Part shown: positions 11,676-24,374 of the stretch, piece by piece
How positions within the stretch are numbered: the first letter of the stretch is position 1
Layout: every line of letters starts with the position of its first letter
Assembly (NCBI RefSeq): GCF_006345805.1
Contig: NC_043003.1
Coordinates: forward strand, 17,608,001-17,672,000
DNA: 64,000 nucleotides
Origin: Octopus sinensis
Lineage: Eukaryota
Reading direction: 5' to 3'
Notes under the pieces: generated by a model
Told to the model about the DNA's origin: nothing
Database searches by the model: none
What the model saw: only the letters and a program-made list of their open reading frames with translations
Program-made: the position numbers and the translations under genes

Positions 11676-11684
11676 TGTATAAGA

Positions 11685-11925
11685 GTATATATACCAGAGT
11701 AAGCACATAAATGTGAAACAAGGTGGTAAAAAATGGTACTTGAATACCGGAGGTAGATTAATATGCTTTATTAATAATGCTGCAAAGACATCACAAAAAC
11801 TGTTACTCAGAGTTTCATATTCCCGTTCATCAGGTAGTTTTGGTTGGACAAAATTGTCAGATGAACGGGAACGTGAAACTGAGTAACAGCTTTTTTGATG
11901 TCTTTGCAGCTTTATTAACAAAGTA
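11685..11925. mobile_element. Penelope-like fold-back element with hammerhead motifs in both arms
   Basis: Inverted arms ~11767-11832 / 11860-11922; same family as 33913-34125; flanked by (TA)n. Confidence 0.7.
11796..11841 (-). ncRNA. Degenerate minimal type-I hammerhead ribozyme
   Basis: aaaactac CTGATGA acgggaatat GAAA ctctgag TA acagtttt; core intact, helices I and II mutated. Confidence 0.55.
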
Positions 11926-12111
11926 TATATATATATATTTATATGTATACATACTCACGCATACAATTGTATATAAACATTCATACATACAGATGTATGT
12001 ATGTATCTATGCATGTATGTATGTATGTATGTATGTATGTATGTATGTATGTACGTACGTACGTATGTACATATGTATGTATGTATGTATGTATGTAAGT
12101 ATGTATGTATA

Positions 12112-13385
12112 CAGGGTGTGGTGAATAAATTGTGATCTTTATTATGCAAAAAATGAAAATAACACTGAAATCTCATTTTAACATATATTTACCGAAATTA
12201 CATAAAAATATCTTGAAATGCCAAAGAGTAAATTTATTCAATAAAATTGACATTGGCTTCAACCATGCCCTCCAGACGACTTTGGAATCTCCTGCAACTC
12301 TTCTGAACAGTTTCTTTATTTAAGTTGGTGAATGCTGCCATAATCCTTGCCTTCAATTCACCTTTGGTGTTACAAGGAGTTTTGCTGGTCTCTTGCACAA
12401 CCTCACCCCATACGTAATAATCAAGGAAGTTGCAGTCTGGGGAGTTAAGTGGCCAGATATTAGGGGTGATGTGGTTACAGAAATTGTCTGACAGCCATGA
12501 CTGGGTTCTCCTGCTTGTGTGGCATGGTGCAAAGTCCTGTTGCAAGACATAGGATCTTCAGTAGCCACCCGTTTGACCCAGAGTAGCACCACCTCCTCCA
12601 GACACTTGATGTAGGCCTCCATGTTGAGTGTGAGGCTGTGTGGGTAGAAGATGAATGGAAGCATAACATCACCATCATTAGTGATCACTCCAAACACTAT
12701 GATTTTGAGTGGATGTTCGATTTTTCTCTATCTCAGTACATGTTTTGGGGACACAGCAAGCCATCAGTTTGTTCAGTGTGTTCACCATCTGATCCTGGCA
12801 GAAATTTTTCTCTTCTGAGAAAAACTAAAGCATGTTCGGTTGGAGGGGGATGCTTGAGTTTGTTCAAAAGCTTCAAGGCACGGTCTTCCCTCTGGTCCTT
12901 GATGGCTTGGGATCAAAGCTAGCCCTTTCTCATCTTGTACAAGGAATACCTAATGTCCCTGTGCATTACCTACCTGATAAGAAACTCAGACATTCCCATG
13001 TCCTTGGTGATGGACCTGATTGGCTTGGAAGGATCATTGTCAATAATGGCTTGGATCTCGCTAACAAATTCAAGAGTTCTTTCTCATCAGAACGATCAGA
13101 GTGAGTTTTCTGAGCTGCTGTACCTTCATAATCCCAATTAGGTTCACCCAACTCTTTCTGATACCTCTGCATTGTCCTTAGATTCACATCCAAACACTCT
13201 GATATATTCGTATTAGAGCTTCTGGTTCAAATGCCAAGCAGTACAGCATGTTGTTTCCAAACTTCTGGCAGAATGATGGTGCTGTTTTTCTCACAGATGG
13301 TGCCCAACTGACCCTACTATACTGTGTAACTGACGAAATCAAAAACAAACAATGCACATGCACAAAATTAAAAATATAGAATGGT
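12112..13385 (-). mobile_element. Degenerate maT-family (DD37D) Tc1/mariner transposon
   Basis: QQDFAPCH...WPLNSPDCNFLDYYVW; terminal cagggtgtggtgaataaa after TA; frameshifts. Confidence 0.85.
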
Positions 13386-14271
13386 GACAATTTACCCATC
13401 ACACTCTATATATATGATGATGATGATGGTGATGATAATAATGATGATGACGACAACGATGAATGATGATAATGATTTTATGTGTGTGTATGTGTGTATG
13501 TATGTATGTATGTATGTAAGTATGTATGCATATATTGTGTGTATATGTTCATACATATACTTACAAAATATGCACGTGCATACCCACACACATACACGTG
13601 CACATACATATGTATATATACACATTGAAATTAGCAGCTTGTTTACATGGACAACACAGACAAAGACGTGAGTGCATAGCACTACATTATCGGAGCAAAT
13701 TTTTTTATGAAGGAATCTCCTTTATCACAACAACAAGTGATGGTAAAAATAAAACTACATAATTATTGTAGAAAAGAAAATATAACCAAAGAATTGTTAA
13801 TAAGCTACATACCAACTCTGTCTGAAGCATGTGTTACAAGATTAATTTAGATTCTACCATTATAGTAGTGCATGAAGACTATGGAAGTTATTCTGAATCA
13901 AAGAATACACAAACCAAAAGAGAGAAAAACAAAAGAAAGCAATAGACAGGTAACAAGGAGAACACTGTAATTGAGGTTTTATAACGAGCAATTATCTTAT
14001 GTATGACCTTTGACATCTGCCTGACATGCTGACTTCCCACATCAGGCAGCGTCAGGCAGAATAGCAAAAATCAAAAACCTTTGTTGTGTACTTTTAAACT
14101 GAGAAGATTGAAGATGAAGAGGAAGCTGAACGAAGGAATCTGAAGTAGGCCTTGAGAAATATGCATGAGCTTTGCATGTGGGAAAAGGGAAAACATGTTT
14201 TGGGCATTTGTTGGCAATTTGTTGTATAATTCCAGAAACAAATTATTTGCATCTCACTTATCTGTATCTTA

Positions 14272-14657
14272 TAGGAAGCACTCCGTCGGTTACGATGACG
14301 AGGGTTCCGGTTGATCCGAATCAACGGAACAGCCTGCTCGAGAAATTAACGTGTAGGTGGCTGAGCACTCCACAGACACGTGTACCCTTAACGTAGTTCT
14401 CGGGGATATTCAGCGTGACACAGAGAGTGACAAGGCCGGCCCTTTGAAATACAGGTACAACAGAAACAGGCAGTAAGAGTGAGAGAAAGTTGTGGTGAAA
14501 GAGTACAGCAGGGATCACCACCATCCCCTGCCGGAGCCTCGTGGAGCTTTAGGTGTTTTCGCTCAATAAACACTCACAACGCCCGGTCTGGGAATCAAAA
14601 CCGCGATCCTATGACCGCGAGTCCGCTGCCCTAACCACTGGGCCATTGCGCCTCCAC
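14272..14657 (-). mobile_element. Young SINE-E (tRNA-derived)
   Basis: CpG-rich; 10-bp TSD ctgtatctta at 14262-14271 and 14658-14667. Confidence 0.85.
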
Positions 14658-14680
14658 CTGTATCTTAAACGCTTTATGTT

Positions 14681-15056
14681 GAGTCACAATGGCCCAGTGG
14701 TTAGGGCAGTAGACTCGTGGTCATAGGATCGTGGTTTCAATTCCCAGACCAGGCTTTGTGAGTGTTTATTAAATGAAAACACCTAAATCTCCACGGGGCT
14801 CCAGCAGTGGGTGGTGGTGAACCCTGCTGTATTCTTTCACCACAACTTTCTCTCACTTTTACTTCCTGTTTCTGTTGTACTTATATTTCAAAGGGCCAGC
14901 CTTGTCACACACTGTATCATGCGGAATCTCCCCAAGAACTACGTTAAGGGTACAAGTGTCTGTGGAGTGCTCAGCCACTTGCATGTTAATTTCGTGTGCA
15001 GACTGTTCCATTGATCAGATCAACAGGAACCCTTGTAGTTGTAACCAATGGAGTGC
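14681..15056 (+). mobile_element. Older SINE-E, inverted relative to 14272-14657
   Basis: Same sequence with CpG decay. Confidence 0.8.
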
Positions 15057-15061
15057 GGTGA

Positions 15062-15500
15062 TACGTTTTATCTTATATTTGTTTCAGTCATTGAACTGTG
15101 GCCATGCTGGGGCACTACTTTGAATGGTTTCAGTTAAATGAATGGACTCTGGTACTTTTTCTTTTTTTTTTTGTAAAGTCTGGTGCTCATTAATTTAATA
15201 TCTGTTGCCAAATTGCTGAGTTGCAAGGACATAAATAAACCAACACCAGTTGTCAGGTGGTAATGGTGCGTGGAGAAGATACACACACACAAGCATGTGA
15301 ACGTACACACATGCACAAATACATGCACACATACACACATGTGCACATGCAGATGGGCTTTTTTCAGTTTTTGTCAACCAAATCCACACACAACACTTTG
15401 ATTGGCCTGTGGCTACAAGAGAAGACACTTGCTTAAGACACTACAAGGTGGAACTGAACCTGTAACGATATGGTTGGGAAGAAAACTTCATATCACACAA
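15062..15500 (-). mobile_element. Diverged SINE-B
   Basis: cttatatttgtttcagtcattgaactgtggccatgctg ... agacacttgcttaag. Confidence 0.7.
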
Positions 15501-15534
15501 CCATGTCTGCCCCTATGCAGACAGCCATCTTTAC

Positions 15535-15665
15535 CCCATCATCATCATTATCATTCAAGGGCTGTTGTCCTTGCTGGCATGGGTTGGACAATTTGACCAG
15601 TGATGGCAAGCTGGGGAGCTGCACCAGACTCCAGTCTGATTTCAAGAATCTGATCAGATTTTGCC
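15535..15665 (-). mobile_element. RTE-type LINE 3' tail
   Basis: (CAT)n + gctggcatgggttggac ... gctgcaccagactccagtctg. Confidence 0.6.
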
Positions 15666-15738
15666 AAAAGCTTGGTGATATATGTACCTACCTCTACATG
15701 TATATATACATGCATATATGGGTACAGGACACCGTGTG

Positions 15739-15847
<109 letters not shown>

Positions 15848-16254
15848 GTATATATTAATATATATATCGATATATGTATGCATATATATATATAGTTTTT
15901 GAAGACTTTTTTGAGAAGACTATAACTCAACAACAGCATTCAGTACATTATTATATTATTATGCTTAGAATATGATTAATTTACATATAATAAAACACCT
16001 TACTATACTGGAAATATATGTGTATCTTTTCCATACATATGTTTCTGATAATACAAAATGATTAATAGTGACTTGTTAGTTTTGCCATATTATGTCATTT
16101 TCAAGAGAGTTCTGTATCAGATTATGTTTATATTGACCTTAACATATTTGTATATATATGTGTTAAATATATTCATTATTATATATATATATACATATAT
16201 GTGTGTGTGTGTGTGTATACATTCATACTTAGACATACTGACACACACACACAT

Positions 16255-16625
<371 letters not shown>

Positions 16626-16713
16626 ATATTAATCAGAGACAAAACCACTATTTTGCAAATCAAACAAGGAAAGACTTAATCAATACATAAAAAAATTTTA
16701 ATATAAAGTAAAT

Positions 16714-16767
16714 AAATCGCCACTACAATTGTTTCCTGTCTTCAAATGACATTCATCAGGTGGATTT
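16714..16767 (-). ncRNA. Minimal type-I hammerhead ribozyme (Penelope-like)
   Basis: aaatCCAC CTGATGA a-tgtc-atttgaa-gaca-g GAAA CAATTG TA GTGG cgattt; complete core, helix I ccac/gtgg, helix II tgtc/gaca with an A.G mismatch at its base, palindromic helix III. Confidence 0.75.
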
Positions 16768-17231
16768 CATATCTAAAAATATCAATATTTTAAAAAATAA
16801 ATTTAAAATGGCTAAAACTATAAATAATATAAATTTATCAATGAAAAAATATAAAAATATATAATCTATATGTAATATAATCAAGGTTTCTTTATATTCA
16901 ATTGTTTATAGAGGTTATTTTAGTTCTTATGATTAATTTACATATAATAAAACACCTTACTATACTGGAAATATATGTGTATCTTTTCCATACATATGTT
17001 TCTGATAATACAAAATGATTAATAGTGACTTGTTAGTTTTGCCATATTATGTCATTTTCAAGAGAGTTCTGTATCAGATTATGTTTATATTGACCTTAAC
17101 ATATTCGTATATATATGTGTTAAATATATTCTTACTATATATATATATACATATATGTGTGTGTGTGTGTGTATACATTCATACTTAGACATCTGACACA
17201 CACACACATATATATAATATAAATATATATA

Positions 17232-17268
<37 letters not shown>

Positions 17269-17274
17269 ATATAT

Positions 17275-17304
<30 letters not shown>

Positions 17305-17305
<1 letters not shown>

Positions 17306-17447
17306 CATCATCATCATCGTTTAGCGTCCGTTTTCCATGCTAGCATGGGTTGGACGGTTCTACTGGGGTCTGTGAAGCCAGAAGGCTTCATCAGGCCCAG
17401 TCAATCTGGCAGTGTTTCTACGCTGGATGCCCTTCCTAACGCAACCA
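17305..17447 (-). mobile_element. RTE-type LINE 3' tail
   Basis: catcatcgtttagcgtccgttttccatgctagcatgggttgg ... ggatgcccttcctaacgc. Confidence 0.75.
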
Positions 17448-17498
17448 CATATATATATTTTATATATTATAAATATATATAGATATATATATATTATA

Positions 17499-17552
<54 letters not shown>

Positions 17553-18107
17553 CATATATATATAGTGGTTTTGTCTCTAATTAATTTATATAATATTTTA
17601 CTATAAAATTGGATTCAATCCTAAATCTGATTTTTCCCTGTAAATTTGGATTTATTCCCTAATATTTATATTATATATATATATATACGTATGTATGTAT
17701 GTATGTATGTATATATATATATATAAATATATATATATATATTATATATATATGTGTGTGTGTGTGTGTCAGTGTGTCTAAGTATGAATGTATACACACC
17801 ACACACACCACACACACACATATATATATATATGAGTCTACACATACATAAATCCAAGGCAACTCAAAGAACTTGGGTCTACACATTCAATGAAAAACCA
17901 AATTCATTCTAATTGAAGTAGGCCACATATAACGTATGTAATATCCTTCCATGTGTTTCCCATAAAAAATGAAAGGTTTATATATTAAAATCTTATTTGC
18001 TATTTGCATTCATTTGCATACATACATTCTTGTGTGTGTGTGTGTTTGTATGTATTTATGTGTGTATATCTATATCTATATATATATATATATATAAATA
18101 TATATAT

Positions 18108-18590
18108 CATCATCATCATCATCGTTTAACGTTCGTTTTCCATGCTAGCATGGGTTGGATGGTTCAACCGGGGTCTGGGATGCCTGGAGGCTGAACCAGG
18201 CTGCAGTTTGTTCTGAGAGAGTTTCTACAGCTGGATGCCCTTCCTAACGCCAACCACTCTGTGAGTGTAGTGGGTGCTTTTTACATGCCACCGGCACAGG
18301 TGCCAGGGCAGGCTGGCAACGGCTACAATCGGATGGTGCTTTTTATGTGCCACTGGCACGGAAGCCAGTCAAGGCGGCGCTGGCATCAGCCACGTTCGGA
18401 TGGTGCTTTTTACGTGCCACTGGCACAGGTATCACAACTACAATTTCCATTTGATATTTTGATGTTGATGTACTTGACTGAATAAGTCTCCTCAAGCACA
18501 GCAGGTCACCCTACGATCCAAGGTAAGCACAGCAGACCATCCTGTGATCCAAGGTACTTTGGATGGGCTGGGGCTTCTATGTGAAGTAAC
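18108..18590 (-). mobile_element. RTE-type LINE 3' UTR with internal repeat units
   Basis: Same tail plus two ggatggtgctttt-acgtgccac units. Confidence 0.75.
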
Positions 18591-18600
18591 AATGCATGAT

Positions 18601-18716
18601 GTTTACAGCACCTAGATTTTCCAAGCGGTCACCCATCTAAGTACTAACTAGGCTCAATGTTGCTTAACTTCAGTGATTGGACAAGAACCGGTGCTTTCAA
18701 AGTGATATATAACAGT
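18601..18716 (-). pseudogene. 5S: 5S rRNA pseudogene
   Basis: Reverse complement ttgaaagcaccggttcttgtccaatcactgaagttaagcaacattgagcctagttagtacttagatgggtgaccgcttggaaaatctaggtgctgtaaac aligns to 5S with CpG decay. Confidence 0.85.
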
Positions 18717-19023
18717 GCTAATAGTGTGGAATTATTAATCTGGGCAAAATACTTCATAAGCTCTCTGTTGGCACACCAGGCTAACAATATTGTTTAGATT
18801 AATGAAGAACTCCAAGTATTTTTATGGCAGGGTCCAGTATAGCTACATATGTGCTATTGGTAATTTCTTTTCCTTCTTTGGATTTTCCCCTTTCTCCTTT
18901 CTGACAAAGAGCTGTGCTCAAAATGTCAAACTATCTTCTTCCACTGAGCACCAAACTAATGCATTTCTTATGCACATCCTCATGTTGTCCATTTTTATTC
19001 GTTTATATATATATATATATATA

Positions 19024-19252
19024 TTTCTTTATTGCCCACAAGGGGTTAAACATAGAGGGGACAAACAAGGACAGGCAAATGGATTAAGTCGATTACATCG
19101 ACCCCAGTGCGTAACTGGTACTTTATTTATAGACCCCAAAAGGATGAAAGGCAAAGTCGACCTCGGCGGAATCTGAACTCACAGCGTAACGGCAGACGAA
19201 ATACGGCTACGCATTTCGCCCGGCCTGCTAACGTTTCTGCCAGCTCGCCGCC
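19024..19252 (-). mobile_element. SINE-A monomer in (TA)n
   Basis: Near-consensus and CpG-rich. Confidence 0.85.
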
Positions 19253-19299
19253 TTATATATATATATATACATACATATATGTTTGTGAGTGTGTGTATC

Positions 19300-19612
19300 T
19301 TTTATTTTTTACTTGTTTCAGTCATGAGACTGCGGGCATGCTGTAGCATGACCTTGAAGATTTTTTTGTCAAAGGAATCGACTCCAGTACTTTTTTTCTT
19401 TTGTTGAGCCTGGTATTTATCCTATTGGTCTATTTTGCCAAATCACTAACATACAAACACTGGTTGTCAAGTACTAGTGGAGAACAAATACATGCACAAA
19501 GACATAGACATAGACACACATATATGCATATACAATTGGCTTCTTTCAGTTTCCAGCTACCAAATCCACTCACAAGACTTTGGTCTACCTGAGGCTATAG
19601 TAGAAAACACCA
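19300..19612 (-). mobile_element. Diverged SINE-B
   Basis: tttacttgtttcagtcatgagactgcgggcatgctg ... gaggctatagtagaa. Confidence 0.7.
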
Positions 19613-19667
19613 AACAACAGACATATTAAACACAAGATCAGAAATAATTTGTAAATCTCATCATCAT

Positions 19668-20410
19668 CCTTATCATTTTCGTTTAACGTCTGCTTTCCAT
19701 GGGTTGGACGGTTTGACTGAGGACTAGCGAACCAGATGGCTGCACCAGGCTCCAATCAGATCTGGCTGAGTTTCTACAGTTGGATGCCCTTCCTAACGCC
19801 ATCCTCTCCGAGAGTGTAGTGGGTGCTTTTATGTGCCAGTCAGGCGGTACTGGCAAAAGCCATGCTCAAATGGTGTTTTTTATGTGCCACCTGCACAGGA
19901 GCCAGTCCAGTGGCACTGGCAACGACCTTGCTTGAATGATTTTTCACATGCCACCAGCACAAGTGCCAGTAAGGTAACGCAGGTAATGATCACACTCGAA
20001 TGGTGCTTTTTAAGTGCCACCGGCACAGAAGCCAGTTTGTTGCTCTGGCAACGATCACGTTCGGATGGTACTATTAGCACTCCACTAGCACGGATGCCAG
20101 TCATCGAATTTGATTTTGATTTCGATTTCACTTGCCTCAACAGGTCTTTGCAAGCATAGTTTAGTGTCCAAGGTACGCATAAGTGTGCCTTGGACAGTTT
20201 AGTGGGAAAGGTACGCATAAGTGGGCTGGTTACACCCCTGGCATAGGCCACAAGGTTATGGTCTCACTTGGCTTGCCAAGTCTTCTCAAGCACAGCATAT
20301 TTCCAAAGGTCCCGGTCACTAGTCATTGCCTTGGTGAGGCCCAATGTTTGAAGGTCATACTTCACCACCTCATCCCAGGTCTTCCTGGGTCTACCTCTTC
20401 CACATGTTCC
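19668..20410 (-). mobile_element. RTE LINE 3' end (ORF2 C-terminus + 3' UTR)
   Basis: Minus strand RGRPRKTWDEVVKYDLQTLGLTKAMTSDRDLWKYAVLEK, then UTR repeat units and (GAT)n tail. Confidence 0.8.
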
Positions 20411-20878
20411 CTAAAAACAAATTCATTTTGACAATCTGCAACAGAATTTTCCATCTCATCTACACAAATTAAAACACTAGAAACACTGGATGTCTCTAGG
20501 CCACGACCAGTGCTAATGCAAGATTTTAATGCTGACTTAGTAACCCAAATTATTTGTACCGAGTAATCAGAGGCAGCTTGATAAATATTACTGCTTAGTA
20601 GTTGCCAAATGTTTTTGGCACTACTGTGTTGTACAAAAGTATTCTCTTTTCAGCACAAAGTTTTTACAAATTTCACTTTGACAGCTACCCTTATAGTTAT
20701 TGCTAAAGATACTGCTGTTGTTTAACATCAAATCTTTTATTAATGAATAGACCCAGAATCAAATATATTCTTGCTACAATCATCTGCTCCATAACATAAT
20801 TTGGTATTTGAATGTTCATTAAAGATTATCACAAACCTCTTTATAAGTCATTAAACTTTTCTAATTAACTTTTCTTAC

Positions 20879-20970
20879 AATTGCCATGAAAGTGTGATTA
20901 AATGTTCAGAATTCTCTAGCTTCAGTGTTTCCTTATTTTTAACTTTGTCATCCTTATCATCCAGTGACAA
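20879..20970 (-). CDS. Candidate 92-nt internal exon of an unidentified gene
   Basis: ttttccgttgctatAG acceptor, GTaaga donor, one open frame LSLDDKDDKVKNKETLKLENSEHLITLSWQ; no homology recognised. Confidence 0.2.
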
Positions 20971-21213
20971 CTATAGCAACGGAAAATTTGATACACAATT
21001 AACATGTAGAATACACACATGCATGCACATGTACATGTGTGCATGCATAAACTACTCCCCTCAAACACATCCACATTGCATTCTTTCTTTAAACCTTGGA
21101 ATTTGCTGGTGAAGTTGTTATCCCTGTAGATACTAGTCTCACAAACAGTAACTTCCTAGATGTCAATGTGGGCCCAAAAACCTCTCTGTGTTCCCTATTC
21201 CACAAACTTAATT

Positions 21214-21618
21214 TATTCCTTTATTGCCTACAAGGGGCTAAACACAGAGGGGACAAACAAATGGATTAAGTCAATTGCATCGACCCCAGTGCATAACTGG
21301 TACTTATTTTATCGACCCCGAAAGGATGAAAGGTAAAGTCGACCTCGGCGAAATTTGAACTCAGAACATAACAACAGACGAAATACCTATTTCTTTATTA
21401 CCCACAAGGGGCTAAACACAGAGAGGACAAACAAGGACAGACAAATGGATTAAGTCGATTACATCAACCCCAGTGCATAACTGGTACTTAATTTATCGAC
21501 CCTGGAAGGATGAAAGGTAAAGTCGACCTCGGCGGAATTTGAACTCAGAACGTTACAGAAGACGAAATATTGCTAAGCATTTCACCTGGCGTGCTAACGT
21601 TTCTGCCAGCTCACTGCC
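21214..21618 (-). mobile_element. SINE-A dimer
   Basis: 16-bp TSD ttccacaaacttaatt at 21198-21213 and 21619-21634. Confidence 0.85.
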
Positions 21619-21744
21619 TTCCACAAACTTAATTAATCCCTAAATTACATTCTCCTGTACATATTCCTTAAGTTCTCACACCTATCAATTAATGAACAAA
21701 TTTTAAAGGATTCATTGCTGTGCTACAACAATGCCCTTCATAGA

Positions 21745-22030
21745 AATTGTGTATGGTCTAGTGGTTCAACTGTTACACTCATGAAAGTAAGGTCTTGGTT
21801 TCAATACCCAAACCAAATGATTCATTGTGTTTGTAAGCAAAATGCATCATTTCATGTTGCTTCAGTTCAATCAGCTATAAATGAACTCTGGCAATAACTG
21901 GAAAGTTAACCTGTGATGGACTAGCTTCCTGTTCATATGGCAGGGTTGTAATCTCAGTCACTTATACACTATGAATACCAATCTAAGCTCTGGCCTGATG
22001 AGTCCTAGGGTTTGTAACAGACAGACCCTT
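21745..22030 (+). mobile_element. Old tRNA/CORE-like SINE with Meta-like tail
   Basis: tggtctagtggtt head; aacctgtgatggactagc ... taagctctggcctgatgagtcc. Confidence 0.6.
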
Positions 22031-22066
22031 GCCATAAGACCCCCAAAATGAGCCCACTTCTGAACC

Positions 22067-22106
<40 letters not shown>

Positions 22107-22115
22107 CGTGTGTGG

Positions 22116-22146
<31 letters not shown>

Positions 22147-22147
22147 C

Positions 22148-22556
22148 ATAGGTTCATGAGTGGCTGTGTGGTAAGTAGCTTGCTTAGCAGCCACATGGTT
22201 CCGCGTTCAGTCCCACTGCGTGACACCTTGGGCAAGTGTCTTCTAGCCTCAGGTTAACCAAAGCCTTGTGAGTGGATTTCGTTGACGGAAACTGAAAGAA
22301 GCCCGTCGTGTATATGTATATGTATATATGTGTGTGTATGTTTGTGTGTCTGCGTTTGTCCCCCGCCCAACATTGCTTGATAACCGATGCTGGTGTGTTT
22401 ACGTCCCCGTAACTTAGCGGTTCGGCAAAAGAGCCCGATAGAATAAGTACTAGGCTTACAAAGAATAAGTCCTGGGGTCGATTTGCTCGACTAAAAGGCA
22501 GTGCTCCAGTATGGCCACAGTCAAATGACCAAAACAAGTAAAAGAGTAAAAGAGTA
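22148..22556 (+). mobile_element. SINE-B
   Basis: Near-consensus; tail aaaagagtaaaagagta. Confidence 0.85.
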
Positions 22557-22849
22557 TACATTATAAATTTTATACCCACCAGCATATTTTAATCTAAATC
22601 TCTTCTGATTTAATTCTAGCCTAGCAACCTCTCACACAAATCACTAAATGCTTGCTCATTGGTTTCTATTTCAGAACAAGTATTTTGGGTTTAGTTCAGA
22701 CTGTCTGGGATATTCATCAGTGAGAAGACAACTCAAGAGTCTTTGTCTGGCAATCTCTAATGTTTTAAGTGGAGCACTGTGTTTTGGAACGTATAAGCCT
22801 CTTTAAGAAGCTTCTCAGAGACAAAATATTGGCCATTCCACTTTTGTAT

Positions 22850-23172
22850 GAGCACTCCATCAGTTGCGACGATGAGGGTCCCAGCTGATACAATCAAGGG
22901 AACAGCTTGCTCGTGAAATTAACGTGTAAGTGGCTGAGCACTCCACAGACACGTGTACCTTTAATGTAGTTCTCAGGGAGATTCAGTGTGACACAGAGTG
23001 TGATAAGGCTGGCCCTTTGAAATACAGACACTACTCACTTTTGCCAGCTGAGTGGACTGGAGCAAAGTGAAACAAAGTGTCTTGCTCAAGGACACAATGC
23101 ACTGCCGGGAATTGAATTCACAACCTTATGATCATGAGCCGAATGCCCCTAACCACTAAGCCACGCGCCTTC
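22850..23172 (-). mobile_element. tRNA/CORE-like SINE with the SINE-E tail
   Basis: Head gcgcgtggcttagtggttagg, CORE-like tgtccttgagcaagacac, tail same family as 14272-14460. Confidence 0.75.
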
Positions 23173-23465
23173 ACATTATCAATGGTATATCCTCCTTGTA
23201 TCCTTCCAACACTTCCTCCTCTTTTCCCCACCACCATCTTCATTTACTGCCAACTTTTTAATTCTTGCAGAGGTCAAGAGGAATTTTTTGGGACAGATTT
23301 TCTATGACCAGATGTTCTTCCTGTCACCAGCCCTCACCTGCTTCCAAGCAAACTGATATTTCACCATGGCCAGACATGGTTATTTTGTTTTTGTTCCTTA
23401 GAAACAAATAACATCACTTGTATAATGGTGATACTCATCTATAAATATCATATGTTGTCAAGGCA

Positions 23466-23521
<56 letters not shown>

Positions 23522-23529
23522 AAGGATAA

Positions 23530-23905
23530 TCTCTCTCTATATAAAGCTGAAGTTGTCTGTGTATGGCAGGTTTAGTAACCTTCAACTAACACTATCTTCT
23601 CCGAGACCCTGCGGTGCAAGTTGACCAAAATTGCGAGTATGATAGAAGAAGGCTTACTCTTCCTTCCATAGAAGATAAAATTCAAATTGGACCATGTTAA
23701 GACCAAAAAATATTTACATCAAAAAGGTGCTTTTTTTCTATGAAAATCCCCATTATTTACAATTTTTTGGCTGCTGTGTCGCCAATTTTCGGTGTATTTC
23801 ACTTAAAGAGAATAACAAGCTACATAATGCAAAATTTTTACTTTTCAAAAATTCCAATTCTAAAGGGTCAAAACAAATCTGAGCAACGCCGGGCGATACT
23901 GTTAG
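23530..23905 (+). mobile_element. Non-autonomous Helitron-like element
   Basis: 5' tc-tctatataaagc, 3' gcaacgccgggcgatactgTTAG|t. Confidence 0.6.
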
Positions 23906-24374
23906 TATATATTTATTGACACTTCAATGTCAATGGAAAACTAATTTCTTTTATATTTAGATTATTTCAGCTATTAATGGCAGTAAACAACAGAAAGAAG
24001 AAAGAAAAGCACACACACTGCAGACTGTCTGTTGTATATTGATATATAAATAGAAAGATATTATTTAATGTGTCTTTATTGCTGTCAATATAATGAACAA
24101 TGTGAAGGGCAGGAAATAGAATTACAGAAACGCTAAAATACTACAGGATTGAATACTTGCAGTGTCTGAGTTTTACCTTCTTATTTTCTTGGTTCAAATT
24201 ATTGCAGACAATTCTAGTTTTCTAGGCATGTCTGTATGGTTAAAGAGCTTGCTTTAGTCTCAGGCTCCGTCTCTCTGCATGGCACCTTGGGAAAATGTTT
24301 TCCGATAAAGACCTGGCCAACTAAAAGCTTTCTGAATGAATTGGGCAGATGGAAACTGAAAGAAGCTCATCTGA

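Noticed and set aside
14016-14060. Small hairpin tctgcctgac..gtcaggcaga as pre-miRNA
   Set aside because: Only a 10-bp outer stem in 45 nt; too short and irregular without expression data.
18601-18716. Functional 5S rRNA gene
   Set aside because: Many stem-breaking transitions; solitary; no clear terminator.
20410-20820. Protein-like minus-strand stretch (SSAKNIWQLL...DEMENSVADCQNEF)
   Set aside because: Needs frameshifts, has stops, and no recognisable family.
22690-22730. Minus-strand CTGATGA in unique DNA
   Set aside because: No helix II or correctly spaced GAAA.
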